Below are positions 1 through 13,238 of a DNA stretch of 64,000 bases, one piece after another. The position numbers and the translations under genes were made by a program. The notes under the pieces were generated by a model, which saw only the letters and a list, made by a program, of their open reading frames with translations, was not told the DNA's origin and ran no database searches. Origin of the DNA: Laetmonice hystrix (lineage: Eukaryota); NCBI GenBank assembly GCA_965235115.1, contig OZ249438.1:12400001-12464000 (forward strand), in the 5' to 3' direction. How positions within the stretch are numbered: the stretch's first letter is position 1; every line of letters starts with the position of its first letter.

Positions 1-800
1 GATGGGGAGGGTAGGAGGACCTACAGGAGGATCTAGGAGTGAGAGATGGAGGATGGGGAGGGTAGGAGGACCTACAGGAGGATGTAGGAGTGAGAGATGG
101 AGGATGGGGAGGGTAGGAGGACCTACAGGAGCATGTACAGGAGGAGGAGGAGCAGGAGTGAAAGATGGAGGATGGGGAGGGTAGGAGGACCTACAGGAGC
201 ATGTACAGGAGGAGGAGGAGCAGGAGTGAAAGATGGAGGATGGGGAGGGTAGGAGGACCTACAGGAACATGTACAGGAGGAGGAGGAGCAGGAGTGAAAG
301 ATGGAGGATGGGGAGGGTAGGGGGACCTACAGGAGGATGTACAGGAGGAGGAGCAGGAGTGAAAGATGGAGGATGGGGAGGGTGTGAGGACCTACAGGAG
401 GAGGAGCAGGAGTGAGAGATGGAGGATGGGGAGGGTAGGAGGACCTACAGGAGGATGTACAGGAGTGAGAGATGGAGGATGGGGAGGGTAGGAGGACCTA
501 CAGGAGGAGGAGCAGGAGTGAGAGATGGAGGATGGTGAGGGTAGGAGGACCTACAGGAGGAGGAGCAGGAGTGCGAGATGGAGGATGGGGAGGGTAGGAG
601 GACCTACAGGAGGAGCAGGAGTGAGAGATGGAGGATGGGGAGGGTAGGAGGACCTACAGGAGGATGTACAGGAGTGAGAGATGGAGGATGGGGAGGGTAG
701 TAGGACCTCCAGGAGGAGGATGTACAGGAGGAGGAGGTAGTATGTACAGTAGTCAGTCTGAGACCTACAGGAGCATGATGTACAGGAGGAGGAGGAGGTA
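1..800. repeat. GGA-rich variable minisatellite (~50-65 bp units) in MRCK intron 4; continues beyond the window start
   Basis: Recurrent module GAGATGGAGGATGGGGAGGGTAGGAGGACCTACAGGAGG with variable (GGA)n/TGTACA inserts. GACCTAC occurs 13 times between 18 and 768. Confidence 0.95.
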
Positions 801-825
801 GTACAGTAGTCTGAGAATGACCTAC

Positions 826-3800
826 CAGGTAGTCGTCGTCCTGGAAGGCATAGTGGAGGTTAGTGATCCAATCCTTGTCTCCATACACCAGCACGTCACG
901 CTCCTCCTGGAAACATGCCGTCTGAAACACCACAGATATTTTAATAATTAATCATTTAATTAATCTTCATCACTACGCTGATAACAAACATTCAACATCT
1001 TTGTACCCATACTGACCTCATCAAAAATGTTCATTACGGGCAACTAAAATTATTTTGGAAATATCAATCTTATTCTTACCGGTATGTCACCAACTACATG
1101 TTTCTGTGGGGCTTATTAAGGGGGCTCACGAACATTAAGGGGGGGGCTATAGGGGTCATGTTTAATTTAATTAGATGCCGATGGTTGTGGGCGGGTGGCC
1201 ACCTGTCTGCTGTCCCTAACACTGTTACAACCATCTGGCTATATTTGTCCAGGTGGGCGTTATACTCCACCGCTACCACATTTCTGTCTGTAGCCTGCGG
1301 CGGCTGCACTCCAACTGACTTCTTTAATTAGGAGAGGTTGCCAATATGAATGTGAAAGTCCTTATGACCAGCTTTTAGGTAAAATATAAAAATATTGGTT
1401 CGTTTTCCAGGAGGAGAGAGGAGTTCTGCATTAGCTAAGTTGTTATCGATTTGTGCAGTCACTCCATTTACGACTCTACATCTGTATATTTGGTCTTCTT
1501 AATTATCTCTGACTTTTTCTTTTCTAAAAATAAACAAGGATTCTAGTAAAATCTAGCCAACCATGTTTCCATTCTATCAACATAAAACTACTGACTATTA
1601 ACAAAATTCATCTTTTTCCACTCAAGAAAGAAAAGAAAAACAAAAACCGTGTAGGTAAATGATAATCTCAACATCTTTGCGCTCTGTTATTCACAGACTT
1701 CCTCCATTTATAACTGAAACAAACAAAGCTATGCAGTAGACAAACTTGGTTTTCAGCTTGGGAGAACTTACCTCTGCCCTTTTCAGCATCTCCCACTTGT
1801 TTAGGATCTTCATGGCATACACCTCTTCTGTGCTTTTTAGTTTCACCACAGCAACCTACAACAGCAAGGATAATCGTGCTTACGGAGCAAAAGAAATAAG
1901 TGGCATGAAACTAGGCAAACTATAAATAGATGGCTCCCTGAAAAAAGTTCCCAACAGCTGTGTAATTTGTTAGCAATGCTGGCTACCAAGTCGTGTAACT
2001 CTTAAGTGCAACTCTATATGAGGTAACGGTGAATAAAAACTAGGTGAATCTTGTACTAGTTAAAACAGGTTCATAGGTTCTAGGTGGATAGACATGTTGT
2101 TTACTAGGCGCAACAGATGAGGAGTATAATACACAAGGCTGAACATTATGTGTAAAGTTACTGTAAGTACATGTAGACTGGTAACTAGAAACAATCCTTC
2201 AAAACTTGGAAAGTGAGAAAACTTCCTCAACACAACTTCAAACTCTGGCAGCTGAAAATTTTCTAGAGAGTCGCAATTCAATCGTTCTTGTCTGCTTCTC
2301 TTTAACTTACTTGTATTCCCGATATTAGTCGACTGCAACATTCATGGATAAATTTAAACTGGTTCTCTTCCACAATCCAGTCCCAATTTATAGTAAATCA
2401 AATTAATGTTTTTCTTTTTTAACTATTGAAATTAGAGTCAAGGTGTTGCTATAAAATCTCACCTCGCCAAACGCTCCCCGGCCGATGATTTTAAGCGTTT
2501 CGAAGTCCTCTCTTTGAAGTCTCAGCTGTTTTACCTTCGTAATGATTGGCTTTGCTGTAAGAAAAACAGAAGCAGTTCTATTTTCATTCTCAAGTCAGGA
2601 ATCACGGAAATCAAAATCTCAATGGATCAATCATTGGTTTGGTAACACAACCCATAAATTTTATTTTTATTTTATAAAACTCACAAAAACCGTACCAAGC
2701 TACAAGTCCCCTAAAAATTAACCAGTAGTACTTTGCCAGTTATGGCTGCCCGTCGGCCCACTCTGCCACCCATAAACCCACACTTTACAGCGTTCCTGCG
2801 TACAGTACCAACTGTAAAACGCCCTCGCCCTTGTGGAAGCAATGCCAGCAGTTTTTTGAGAAATTCTATCTGACAACTTATCCTTTCATATTTTGATTTC
2901 TTTCTTCACCAATGCGAACTATTCATATTTTTATACAACCAAACGTACCCTTAATTCCAAGATCACGATTTGTGAACTGTCTGGACTTAAAGGGGCACAA
3001 TTGGAAGAATCGCACTTTTGAACGGCTTTTGAATCTTTTGTGACGTATTCTACAGTTAAATGAAAAACCTACAAAAATTGAGTGTAAAAAATGTTGTCTT
3101 GACTGAGAAATGGCATAAATTCCAACAGGGTCACTTGGGGCCATACTCCACTGAATTTCGGTGTACACTGAAATTCACTTTAGGAGCTGCCTGTGGCTTG
3201 ATTACAGGCCAATCAATGCTATTTTCCGGGTAGAAACATTTATTTCGGATCTCTTTACACTTTAGCATTATAAGAAAAAGACAAAGTCAGTCGGAAAATT
3301 GTGCCCCTTTAAGACTGTAATCACACGAATCTGGATCATGTATAATGTAAAGTAAAACTCTCCGTGACAGCAGGAATTCTCACAATCTTCAGTCTCATAT
3401 TTTTAACTCCCTCTTTTTTCCTTCCCTTTATATTTCAGGATACTTGAATAACTTAACATTTATCACCTGCCTATTTTTATACACTAAGTACCAGCCTGAG
3501 CCAATAATCTAGGCACAGTAATTTTTTAAAACTTACGCAAGAACTGAAGTTTTTTAAACCCCCATACATGTATCTAATCCATGGCCTGGGTTAATACCCT
3601 CAGTTAGAAACGTGACTAGAAGCAGGTCACCACAGGCCGGGTTATGGGAATTAACCTTTGACCCAGTCCCAGGGCTGGTTACGGAGCAGGGACCACAGCT
3701 GACTGCCCACACACGCCCCCCTGTGGAGAGATCTGACATTAACATTGACACCAGGTAGATACCTTTGACTGTGCCTTTTTTTCTGCTGAGATACCCTAAA

Positions 3801-6800
3801 GCTAGCAGCGGTAAGGAAACGAACCTGACACGACTGTGTGTGCTTTTTTAATGGTAATACATGTATCCCCGTTACGGCACGGTGAAAGGGGGCTGACACG
3901 GAACTGGGGGTCTATTTCTCTGTGCACAGTCAGGCAGGCATGAGCCCAGAGCAGCCCCGTCAGTCATGCATTCACACACAATGTTACATTGGTCCTTACA
4001 GTCTCCACATACCAATTTACATACAACTTGAGAGCTATATCACAACTCGAAGCCGTGACTACTTCGCAAGTTTTTATAATCTCATAAAACAACTCCCACC
4101 TCCATATTTCTCAAGACAGCTGGTGCATCTCCTTGTTCATGACATTGTATTAAAAAACTAATTTTAATAAGTCAAAGGGAACATGTCGTGCGATCAGAAC
4201 TTTTATGCAACTTCTAAATACTATTGAGATAACTGACTATATTTAAATCTTGATAGCCCTAAAATAAATGCAAAATACGTTTTAACATTTTATAGGTTCT
4301 ATTCGTTAGCTCGAGCGATGCCGAGTCGACCCAGTCTGACCTTTCAGCGGATCTGTTTCTAGGCATTGTTAGGTGGACGTATAATGTAAAATGTACTGGA
4401 ACTGGAAGTCAACTATAATAATGTTTATTGGCCAGGGCAGGCCGCGGGTCTCATCCATACTAGACTTGACTGGCTTGAAATTTCCAATAAAAAAATAGAC
4501 TCCACAATATTCTGTAAAGTGAAGCGAAGCAAACTGTTGCGCATGAACCCTATTCGATTCTGTTGACACTGTATACCTTTTAGATGAGCTCGTGCCAAAT
4601 AGTGGAGCAAAGCAAAATGTATTCTAGAATTCGGTGAATTAGAAAGTTCTACAAAATTCAGTTCAGATATACATTGATCATGCTTTGGTGTACATTGTGG
4701 GTGTAGTGTGAATGGTGTGAATTCGAGAATGCACATAAATTTATGCACATTCTCATCTGTAGTGTGAATCCGGCATTAATTAGTAAATTTATGTTTCGAG
4801 CAAATAATGCACATTCCTTCGGGACCCGGAATATAAATCACAGACACTGCAAAATGCCATACTCACTAACTCGACAGAAGAAATCACCTTGCAATACTAG
4901 ACAGCATTTGAAAGATCAATTCTCTGGTGAAACCTCAGATAAAGTACTCAACATAATCTAAACTCCCTAAATACTGTTGATTTCACCACAGCACTGTAAA
5001 TCTCACCAGGATTAGTGTAAGATATTTAAACACTGTTCACTCAGCCCTCTCCATCATATGGATTCCGTTAATCCACTTTCTCCACCACCTGTCCATCTCC
5101 AACCACTGGTGGCCGTCAAGGGGTCATGACCTGACCTCCATTCTATATATTCCCCTCAGCGCCAAGTCTGTCTGCTGACCGGGCTATTGATTGTTTGATC
5201 CTGAGGATGCAGGTCAGTCTCCCCCCCACCCACCCACCCATTCATCCTTTCACACGTCGGCCGGGCCAGTCAGTTAGTCAGTCCGAGGATGACGACCAGA
5301 CAATATCTACACCAAACAGCTGTAATCGNNNNNNNNNNNNNNNNNNNNNNNNNNNNNNNNNNNNNNNNNNNNNNNNNNNNNNNNNNNNNNNNNNNNNNNN
5401 NNNNNNNNNNNNNNNNNNNNNNNNNNNNNNNNNNNNNNNNNNNNNNNNNNNNNNNNNNNNNNNNNNNNNNNNNNNNNNNNTTGGCTAGACCACTTAAAAA
5501 GCGGTGCTGAACCCTCTGCTTCTAACAGAGGGTGGTATATATGTGGGGGCACTTTAGCTAGGTTGTTCGAGCTTTCCTCATCTGTGAATAAAAATAAGCA
5601 GTTGATCGTTGTTGACAGTCGTTTTATTTTTTAAATTACCGTTATCCCCCACTTTTTGTCTTTTATGGAGCTCCTCATCTAGGCTAGACATCGAAAAAAT
5701 GGATGATGATAGTCTCTAGCGAACCGAGTCTCATGAGACACCAAACAACATAGGTCTATGGAAATCACAGGCAGCACTAAGTGAGAACTTAGATTTTGGA
5801 CCATATCCTACCCACTCCAACTGTTGGCATGTACACACATATTTGGCAAGGGGTAACTAAAAGGGGGGAAAAGGTCAATGTGGATACAGGGTTTAAATAG
5901 TGCTGCCAGGATGGGGGGGGGGGGAGGTCAGAGGTCACATCCTTCTCCAAATATGGAATCTTTTACTAATATTGGTCCATTGACCAGTCCAGAATACTTT
6001 ACAATTTCAGGCGTTGTATGGGTTCGAGGTAAAACTCATTTCATTCCAGCATCCCAGGAGGTGTGTCGATCTTCTGAACAATACAATTCACAACAGATCC
6101 CAAATGTCAGGGAATGATCACACAGAGGTCATATTTCCAAGACAAACAAAACTATCTTTCTCCTCCCACATCTCTGGCAAGACACAATGTTAGCAAGATT
6201 TCCCAACCAAAACCTCCTCAGGACTCGTCCTCCTAAATTGCAATCTTAATATATCAGCTAAATAATATTCCTAATATAAGGCAATAATATAAATTCATAA
6301 ATATTTAAATGCCAAACGATTCTAGAAGCTTTAATAGTCAGTCATTTCCCCATCCTGGATCATACCATTTTAAAAGTACTGCAAAGACAAAAGCCATACT
6401 GTTTCCAAAGTCAGGTTGGTGTCCTCTACTTCCATAAGACAGGTACCCTGGTATATAAAAAAAAATCTGACCTATTTTTAACCGTCACGACGACAATATA
6501 CAAGTCATGACTTCCAGTGATCACTGGCAGAATAACGACTCTGTCTGTGAACACTGAGTAGAATTTTCTGGGCCCCATCCTGGAACTGACCTGGCCCAAC
6601 CTTACAACCTGGTTCACAGGGCACTGACTCTGTCCTACTTGTGACACCAACTTCCCACAACATAACCCAAGTAACAACAGTCGGTCTCCACCACAAGGAT
6701 GTGAGGCTGGTCCTATAGTAGTGTGCCGCACAAGCACTTTTTTCCCACTGACCCACATACAGATGGGGGTTCTAGGTCACGAAGTTGGTCGGTGCCCCAG

Positions 6801-9800
6801 CTGGGACCAGGCAGGGCATAGAGCAAGGAACTGAGGATTGAGCCATAATAATTATATCCTCGGAAGCAGTTTGGTGTTAAAAATCTCTTTTAGTGGCGTA
6901 TCCAGGGGGTGGATTTGAGGGGTCTATCCCCCCAACCAATTTTCATTTTTCCATATAACTTTCTTAGAATTGACCATGCTGAACCCCCTCCCCTTCAGCA
7001 AATTCTTCCCTTAACCCCCCCCCCCCCCCAATAACAAAACCCTGGATCCGCCCCTGCTCTTCAGGCATAAGCTAACCCTAAAATATGGTTTGCTCCAAAG
7101 AGTCTGGCCATATGCCTCAAAATAATTCAAAATGCAGTTCTCAAAAATGGTTTGGGCACCTGAAGTCCATTTTCACCTTTTTCCTCCCAGCCTCATCAGA
7201 TTTAAAAAAAAAAAATGATTCCTCGGCAATGGATTTGACAGATTCTAGCCCTGGAGCTAAAGTCTGAGAGTGCTATGTCCTAATAAAAGTTTAATTATTC
7301 CTGCAATAATTCATGTCCCTTTGGTCCAGTCCCTTTGGTCCAGTCCCTTTGGTCCAGATACAACATTTTATTTCTACTTAAAAAATCAAAACAATTTGAC
7401 AAAATCTAGAAACACTATTTAAATGACACTGAAGAAATAATATCATTGTTCACTCCTTACCATGCGCAGACCTTCACTTTCTTAAACTAGACAAAGCCTG
7501 TTTCCACTAGTTACCGTTGTCAGTTCACTCCCTGCCTTCAAAGAATTCTCAATCCAAAAACTGTGCTCTTTTCTGTCACCAGCCGAAATTGCATTCCTGC
7601 CAAGGCAGAGCAAGACCCTGCTTTTATACCGACTTCAAGGATCATAACCCAGTACTTAACATCACCAACCGATAGCCTCAATAGGTGAGCAGCCTTGCCT
7701 GAAGGCTTTTTTTGACAACACCTTGGCTCACCCTAAAACCAGCGCTTTGAGACAGGCCAATGAAGGCTGTAAGGGTCAGCAGTCACCCAAGGCATCCATC
7801 CCTACCCTTTGCAGTATATACACTTTATTTATAATGGAAGCAGCCAGCCAGACTATCAGGCTAAGTAGTAATGTAAATAGATTACCCCTGACACTAGTGA
7901 CAGAATGAATCATCAACAATACAACTAGACACCTACAATAAGTCTAGGTTTGAAGTCAGAATTTCTGCTTTCATCGAAATTGAAAACGGCTTTCGTCAAT
8001 TCAAATATTTACTGAAGCAAGCCGCAGAGAAATTAACTGAATCCTTAAATAAGCACACCCTGTACCAACTACCATGAAGTCAGACTTTTCATGTGAATCA
8101 CTACATTTTCCCGTCTGCACAGACTGTTAAGGATCCTGATGGTTTTTTTTAACCAGACCTTTATTTTTGACCAGTCAGAAGAGAGTTTGTATCCCTGTAC
8201 ATAAACATGGATATGTTTTGCCACATGTTGTATTATGATTGCTGTGGCCACCTGTTCTCACCCACCGCCCCCGCCTGGTATGATAACCCACTACTTGGCC
8301 AGGTATTCCTGGTATGTTGCTGCCGGACTGCCAGTATTCATCATACCACCGTCAGTGACCGGCAGAACCCCCCTCCCCCACACCTCCACGTGGATCTGAG
8401 GTCTACCTACACTCTACCAGATCATCAGCATACCTTTACTATTAATCAACATTTCCTACCACCGTTTGCAGGTACATACCATACAAAAACAGGAGAATTC
8501 TCTGCCTTTTTCTGAATCTGAAGTTCTCAATTGCTAAATCAGATCAAATTTTTAGCATTTTACCATTTCAGTTTTCATTGCAGGATATATTACATGTATA
8601 TCCGAATGATTCATGCATGCATGGCTTATAATTTTACATCTATCGATAGATATCTTCTCTACACTATATTCATGCAAAAGTTTTTTTCTAATGGGTAAGG
8701 AATAACACCTAATGGACTTTTACCCTGTGGTTTTCAGCACAATTAGAGAAACACGCCTACCGACAAAATTTGTCATTTTCATGTGCACAGCTGACAAAGT
8801 TCTGTCATTGCAACATCAAGATCGCTCCTCAAGTGCTGCACTTTTTTGTGCTTTTTTTTCTGCAAGCTGACAGACTGTGCCTACCTAATGGAGAATTCGT
8901 CACGTGAAAAAAAAACCCCACCTCTGATTAAAGTCCCAATGAGTGATGTAAGAAAATAGAAGTCTTAGATTTCTACATTGGAAAAAACAAACTGTAGATC
9001 CCTATTCATGGATTCCAGCCATTCCACTAACTGCTAGTTGCAACTAGAGAATTCTTGTGTTTTAGCACTTAACCTATACCACTTGGTGTTCTCCAGTTTT
9101 TTATGATAAGAGAACTATCACAACCTAAATGGCACGACAAGACCTGGGTGATTCATGGCAACATGAGCAATTCTGATCTGGCCCACGTCCAAGTATGAGT
9201 CGTGGAGCTGGCAATCTCAGCTCTGATTAACGACGTCTTCAAGATGACACAGTTTTTAAAACAGCTCCTTCAAAGTCGGGCCATGGTGAATAACGGAATT
9301 AGAGGACCAAGCATCGGTATTTTCAACTTCAAGCTCAGGTAGTTTAAAATCAAGTTATAGACAAGGTCCCAGGCCTGCTGAAGCATGTCCAGCAGGTACC
9401 TCTCTGACCTTGTACTTGTACCCATTCCCTAGTTAAAGCTACCTCCAAGTTGTATTTGATGATTGACCTAGATGTCAAATCGATCATCAAGTGGGCACCA
9501 TGAGCAGACTAAATCAATTCTTTCACCTGACCCACAATACGGTAACATTGAGTAGTTCTTTGCGATCTGTATGAAATGAATGCCTTTCAATGACTCTTGA
9601 TAAATCTGCTAATGCTATCTAGTTTACCAGATCAGGACACTGTCTGAGCTTTTCATGTACAACCTCCCCTCAATGTACTAGCTCATAGTCATAACGCTCA
9701 CGATTACTGGCGGATAACAATGGTAGTTTTGTTCCATTTAGCAAGCCTCATTAATATTATGGTGGCTGATCGGAGCAGTAATCCCACAGAGCGCAATGAT

Positions 9801-12213
9801 TTCCAGTGATGATTTCCAGCCAGATTGGTGCTGAAGCTCATGACTGCTCGGCATGGTGTCCCCCTTGACGACTGTTTTATTGTAACAGAACAGTTGGCTT
9901 GTCCGCAATCTCTTCTGGATCCATACCAACACCACTGGTCTACTGGCACACCCGAGCCAAGACCACGCCCAAGTCTGGCCAGTCTAACCGCAGGACCCCC
10001 TACACCCTCTACTCCTGCTTCTACAGCAGGGGTCCTCCTCCGATAGGCGACTCCTTCCATGGTGCCACTCACTTGCCTGGAAGTGCCATCCTCCCATGTC
10101 TATCCATGAGGGGTCCTCGGTGGCCCCTTACATCACTGGGGCCTCCAGCCCACTGTAACACTTGGCACGCTATCAACCCCACCCAGTTCAGATTTCTCTA
10201 CCCTCTGCCAGCTCTACAGGCTGTGTTTATCAACAGTACCAAAGCTGGTTGTTTTAGGGCAAAACTATTTCCTATTTCCATTGTTTTCTTTTTATCTATA
10301 ACCGAAGAGAAAGGATGAAAAATGTCAAGAACACTTTGTCTTTTTACAGATTAATAATAAAAGACTACATAAGGCATGTGCTAGCTGACTTCAGAGTTCG
10401 TGGATGAATGACTTGACTTAATACTCAAGGAAGCCAAATGGGGTCGGCAATATGATTATGAGCATGAATTTCAGATTTAGAGCCATTCCCAGTCGCTTCT
10501 GTCCTACTGAAATGGTCACTGCAAAATACCTTTGATTTAGTCCCAGAACTAACCAGGGGCCGGTTTTACTAAAGAGTCGAAAATAACGACGTCGAAAATT
10601 TAACATAGAAGTGAATGGGTTGCTAGGTCGAAAATAACGACCTAGCAACCATTTACTTCTAATTTTCGACGTGGTTATTTTCGACCTTTAGTAAAACTGG
10701 CCCCAGGGTAGTTACAACTACAGTTGAATCGGTCAGATTCAGTGTGTAGACATTCTCTCCAGATCATAATGAAACTATAAACATTTCCTGTAAATAAAGA
10801 ACTGGGAAGTGATCTGCCTTAAATTGGTGACTGGGATATATGGCTACAATGTACAAGAAATATTTAAATACAGGCAATATCTCTCAGGTCGCAGTCAGTC
10901 TAAGTTTTGGATCCAGGTAAAGGTAGACTTTAATAGCTCAGTGGTAGACAGAGTTTCAAAAAGTCCTATCGGGAGATTTCACAGATCTAGTGAGCACTGT
11001 AAGTTCATGCCAATGCTCGTACACACTATTTCATCTCTTAGGATGGCTACTTCGGATCAGCGAAACACAGCTTGAACTGCCAGCACTCTGTCTACAAAAT
11101 ACCATAATCAGAGGTTAGCATCAATACTTCGTGTATGTAGCAATGTCATCATTAGTATTCCAAAAATCTAATTCATTTAGTAAAAGAACCAATTCTGGCT
11201 ATACCAGTGCTTGCCATTTGAAATCTTTACGGGAGCCATCCATCACTCCCCTTGGTTATCGGAGGAGAGCAGGGTCACTCCCCTAGAAATCGTTCCTTTC
11301 CCACGTTTGGGTATTTCAAGGTAAACTCAGGGTAGTTTAAAAGGTTTGGCATAAAAATGTCCTGGGAGTTGTCTAGGAAATGATTGACCCGTGGATGAGG
11401 AAGATACAAGATAGCATCTTTGAGGTTGCCTCAGACATGGCTGAGGAGGTACGCCAGTTTGAAATGCCTCAGTCAGTGAAGTTGAGGGGTGCCATGAACA
11501 GTGCTTCTGACACAAATTTTTCTTTTTTTGGGGGGGGGGGGCGCTTCATGGCGCAAGCAAAGATATGTTGCGAGAAGTTATAAAGATGATATGTTGCGTG
11601 GCGCAAGCAAAGATATGTTGCGAGAAGTTAATGAAACACAACCGAGACAGTCTCGCCAGTAAACAGCCTGGGTGCGTTTCTCATCATGTCGTTAGCTTGT
11701 CGTATCGTTAACTCCAATGTATTTTCAATGGGGATTTTAACGCACGACAAGATAACGACAGATGAGAAACGCCCCCCCCCCCCAGGTGATTTTGTTCACA
11801 TAATGATCTTGGCAAAGTGAAAGCCTTCACCCAGTCAGTGAATGTAATTGCCCAATTTACATTCAGCAAACGAGAAGATAAACTGTGATACATTATACTC
11901 TGAAATCTGGCTCTCCAAAATGGGTTTTATCCCACTGATCCGAAACCACTGATCCCCACCCTTCTGATCTTGGGGGTGGGGGGGGGGGGGTGTTGTAGGC
12001 CAAACAAAACTCACCGAATTCCACAAAGTCTGAGACGCTCTTCTCCCGGCGGAGATTTGAGCTGGAGCATTCATCGTAGAGACATATAAGTACATCCAAC
12101 AAGGTTTCCACGCTGACGGCCTGGCCATTGCTGTTCTGAACACCGCGAAGGTACAAATGCTCCAACTTCTGCAGTCGTGCCTTCGCCGGTATCTTTTCCG
12201 AGGCTTTCAACAT
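826..12213 (-). CDS. MRCK: MRCK (myotonic dystrophy kinase-related Cdc42-binding kinase; CDC42BP/genghis khan family), 5' part; exons 12213-12015, 2554-2463, 1855-1772, 921-826; continues beyond the left edge
   Basis: The GT-AG exons join in frame: [66 protein letters not shown]|[31 protein letters not shown]|[28 protein letters not shown]|[32 protein letters not shown]. This matches the recalled MRCK N-terminus ([48 protein letters not shown]). Confidence 0.96.
2991..3308. mobile_element. Non-autonomous TIR element (Kolobok-like MITE), TTAA target duplication
   Basis: TTAA|AGGGGCACAATT...AATTGTGCCCCT|TTAA. A diverged copy lies in opposite orientation at 54547-54870. Confidence 0.85.
5329..5480. 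other. Assembly gap (152 N)
   Basis: Run of N. Confidence 1.
6891..7056. mobile_element. Short TIR element of the CAGGGGCGGATCCAGG family (hAT-like MITE)
   Basis: Left end TAGTGGCGTATCCAGG versus right-end reverse complement CAGGGGCGGATCCAGG. Relatives at 42605-42758 and 61438-61532. No TSD recognised. Confidence 0.6.
10556..10704. mobile_element. Palindromic MITE with GGGGCC termini
   Basis: GGGGCCGGTTTTACTAAAG...CTTTAGTAAAACTGGCCCC with long imperfect arms. Shares terminal and internal (CATAGRAGTGAATGG) motifs with the palindrome at 16862-17022. Confidence 0.75.
11670..11776. mobile_element. Short palindromic MITE
   Basis: GCGTTTCTCATC.TGTCGTTA.CTTGTCGT..CGTTAA is mirrored by TTAACGCACGACAAGATAACGACAGATGAGAAACGC. 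Confidence 0.65.
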
Positions 12214-13238
12214 GATTGTAACGTAAGTGTATTTATCATCCAAGGCGATTCATGGGTTAAGTTCGCAATCTTACACGGTTCTGATTGCATGCGAGCAATT
12301 CAACAGACGCCAGGGAAAGGTTGTTGTCACTGCCGACTGCGATACAATAATCATTTGCCCTCCTGAGTCTTCCCAATCCACTCGATATAATAAAGTGAGT
12401 CCACAACCCGTGCTGGGGATCCCGACGGTAGACTACCGTGTCGCAAACACTGGAGAAATCACGGGGCCAATGCATGTAGAATTCTCTCGTCAAGTAGCAT
12501 CCAGGTTGAAAATACAGCTTCTCGTCCTCATCGTTATCGTAGCATGATTCCAATCACGGGGGCTGGATCGATATTTACAAATTATTACTTTTCCTTTCCT
12601 TTATGATTTATCGAGTTATTCGGAAGTAGCCTAAATCCAAAATGGCTACCCTCGCAGCATTGTGGTTAGGCAGGAAGTACGCACGCGTAATCGTGACATC
12701 ACAAACTTCTCGATCCGAGGAAAGGATTTTAGTGTGTAACGGAGGGACATGTCATCATGAGATCATCATTAAACCCCCATGCCTTTTAATAGAAAGATGC
12801 ATATCTGTGAATGGGTTATTCAAGTTCTGGGAGCCCCGTTTCCGCGGGTTCCCACTCACTCCCGGCTTGCCGAGTATGTGCTGCCATCTGGCGATTTACC
12901 AACACACTACAAGGATCATGGGATGATCCGCGATGATGGGGGGACAGGTTGTGGATTATACAACTACCCAGCGCTTTTTCTGATCCCCACAACTAGATAT
13001 TTTGCCCACCTCGGATTAATTCACCATCATGTAAATTTCTGCATTTTTATGGAATCCACAGTATACACTTCGACGCGTTTTTACACTAATTCGCCCTTTG
13101 CCCCGGTTGAGCGAGCATCCCCTACCCTACCCCTCCCGTTAGCGAGTGGAATGACCCGCCCCGGTTGCCGATGATAACTTCCTGTCTATCTCACTGTGAA
13201 TGAGATGAGCCGACCCACCCACAACAACAACATCGAAC
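12214..13238. promoter_or_regulatory. Head-to-head (bidirectional) promoter/5'UTR region between MRCK and TXNDC16
   Basis: The divergent start codons are 1025 bp apart and the interval is CpG-rich. It has ETS-like CGGAAGT (12621-12627) and ACTTCCTG (~13177) and a YY1-like CAAAATGGC (12638-12646). Confidence 0.6.

Noticed and set aside
6426-6758. 110-aa minus-strand ORF as an extra MRCK exon or nested gene
   Set aside because: MRCK exons 1 and 2 already join in phase and match the family without it, and it has no recognisable motif.
9100-10100. Protein-like broken frames in MRCK intron 1
   Set aside because: There are multiple stops and no recognisable family. It may be an old TE remnant but cannot be supported without a search.
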